Positions 63,955-64,000 of a DNA stretch of 64,000 bases are shown here, piece after piece (the first letter of the stretch is position 1; each line of letters starts with the position of its first letter). A model generated the notes under the pieces. The model was given only the letters and a program-made list of their open reading frames with translations, was not told where the DNA came from and ran no database searches. A program made the translations under genes and the position numbers. Source of the stretch: a virus (taxonomy: Duplodnaviria; Caudoviricetes); IMG/VR virus record IMGVR_UViG_3300010338_000470; one strand, 5' to 3'.

Positions 63955-64000
63955 TAGTGTCGGATTGGGATGACTTTCCCTCAAGAAGTCCGACAGCTCC

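Noticed and set aside
51800-64000. Short ORFs overlapping tRNA, tmRNA and ncRNA genes
   Set aside because: They translate tRNA motifs (e.g. GIEP, GSNP, VRIP) and are artefacts

Overview
64-kb segment of a large tailed dsDNA phage genome, probably infecting an actinobacterium. Support for the host: leaderless TAnnnT promoters, a DUF1360-like gene, and Acidimicrobiia-style GYW..DG.I..FGDA repeats in a tail protein. Layout: (1) 1-4.2 kb, a tandem repeat and small + strand genes. (2) 4.2-52 kb, almost all - strand: ThyX and an AAA ATPase (one intein each), a Rad52/Sak-like recombinase, an RNA ligase-like/phosphoesterase pair, minor tail genes with a JmjC cupin, a 10-gene glycan-synthesis cluster, RecA, a macrodomain, a class II RNR with three inteins, Orn, DnaB, dNMP kinase, SSB, a GGQ release-factor domain, endolysin and peptide deformylase. 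(3) 51.8-64 kb, an RNA island with about 40 tRNA or tRNA-like genes, tmRNA, RNase P RNA and about seven non-coding, helix-rich spacers of 130-600 nt that look like unannotated structured RNAs. The best candidates for novelty are these tRNA-punctuated ncRNAs, tRNAs with non-canonical or anticodon-mismatched bodies, and a foreign thyX fragment that starts at the intein homing site and is fused into a broken tRNA gene. All calls were made by eye; no database searches or folding programs were run.
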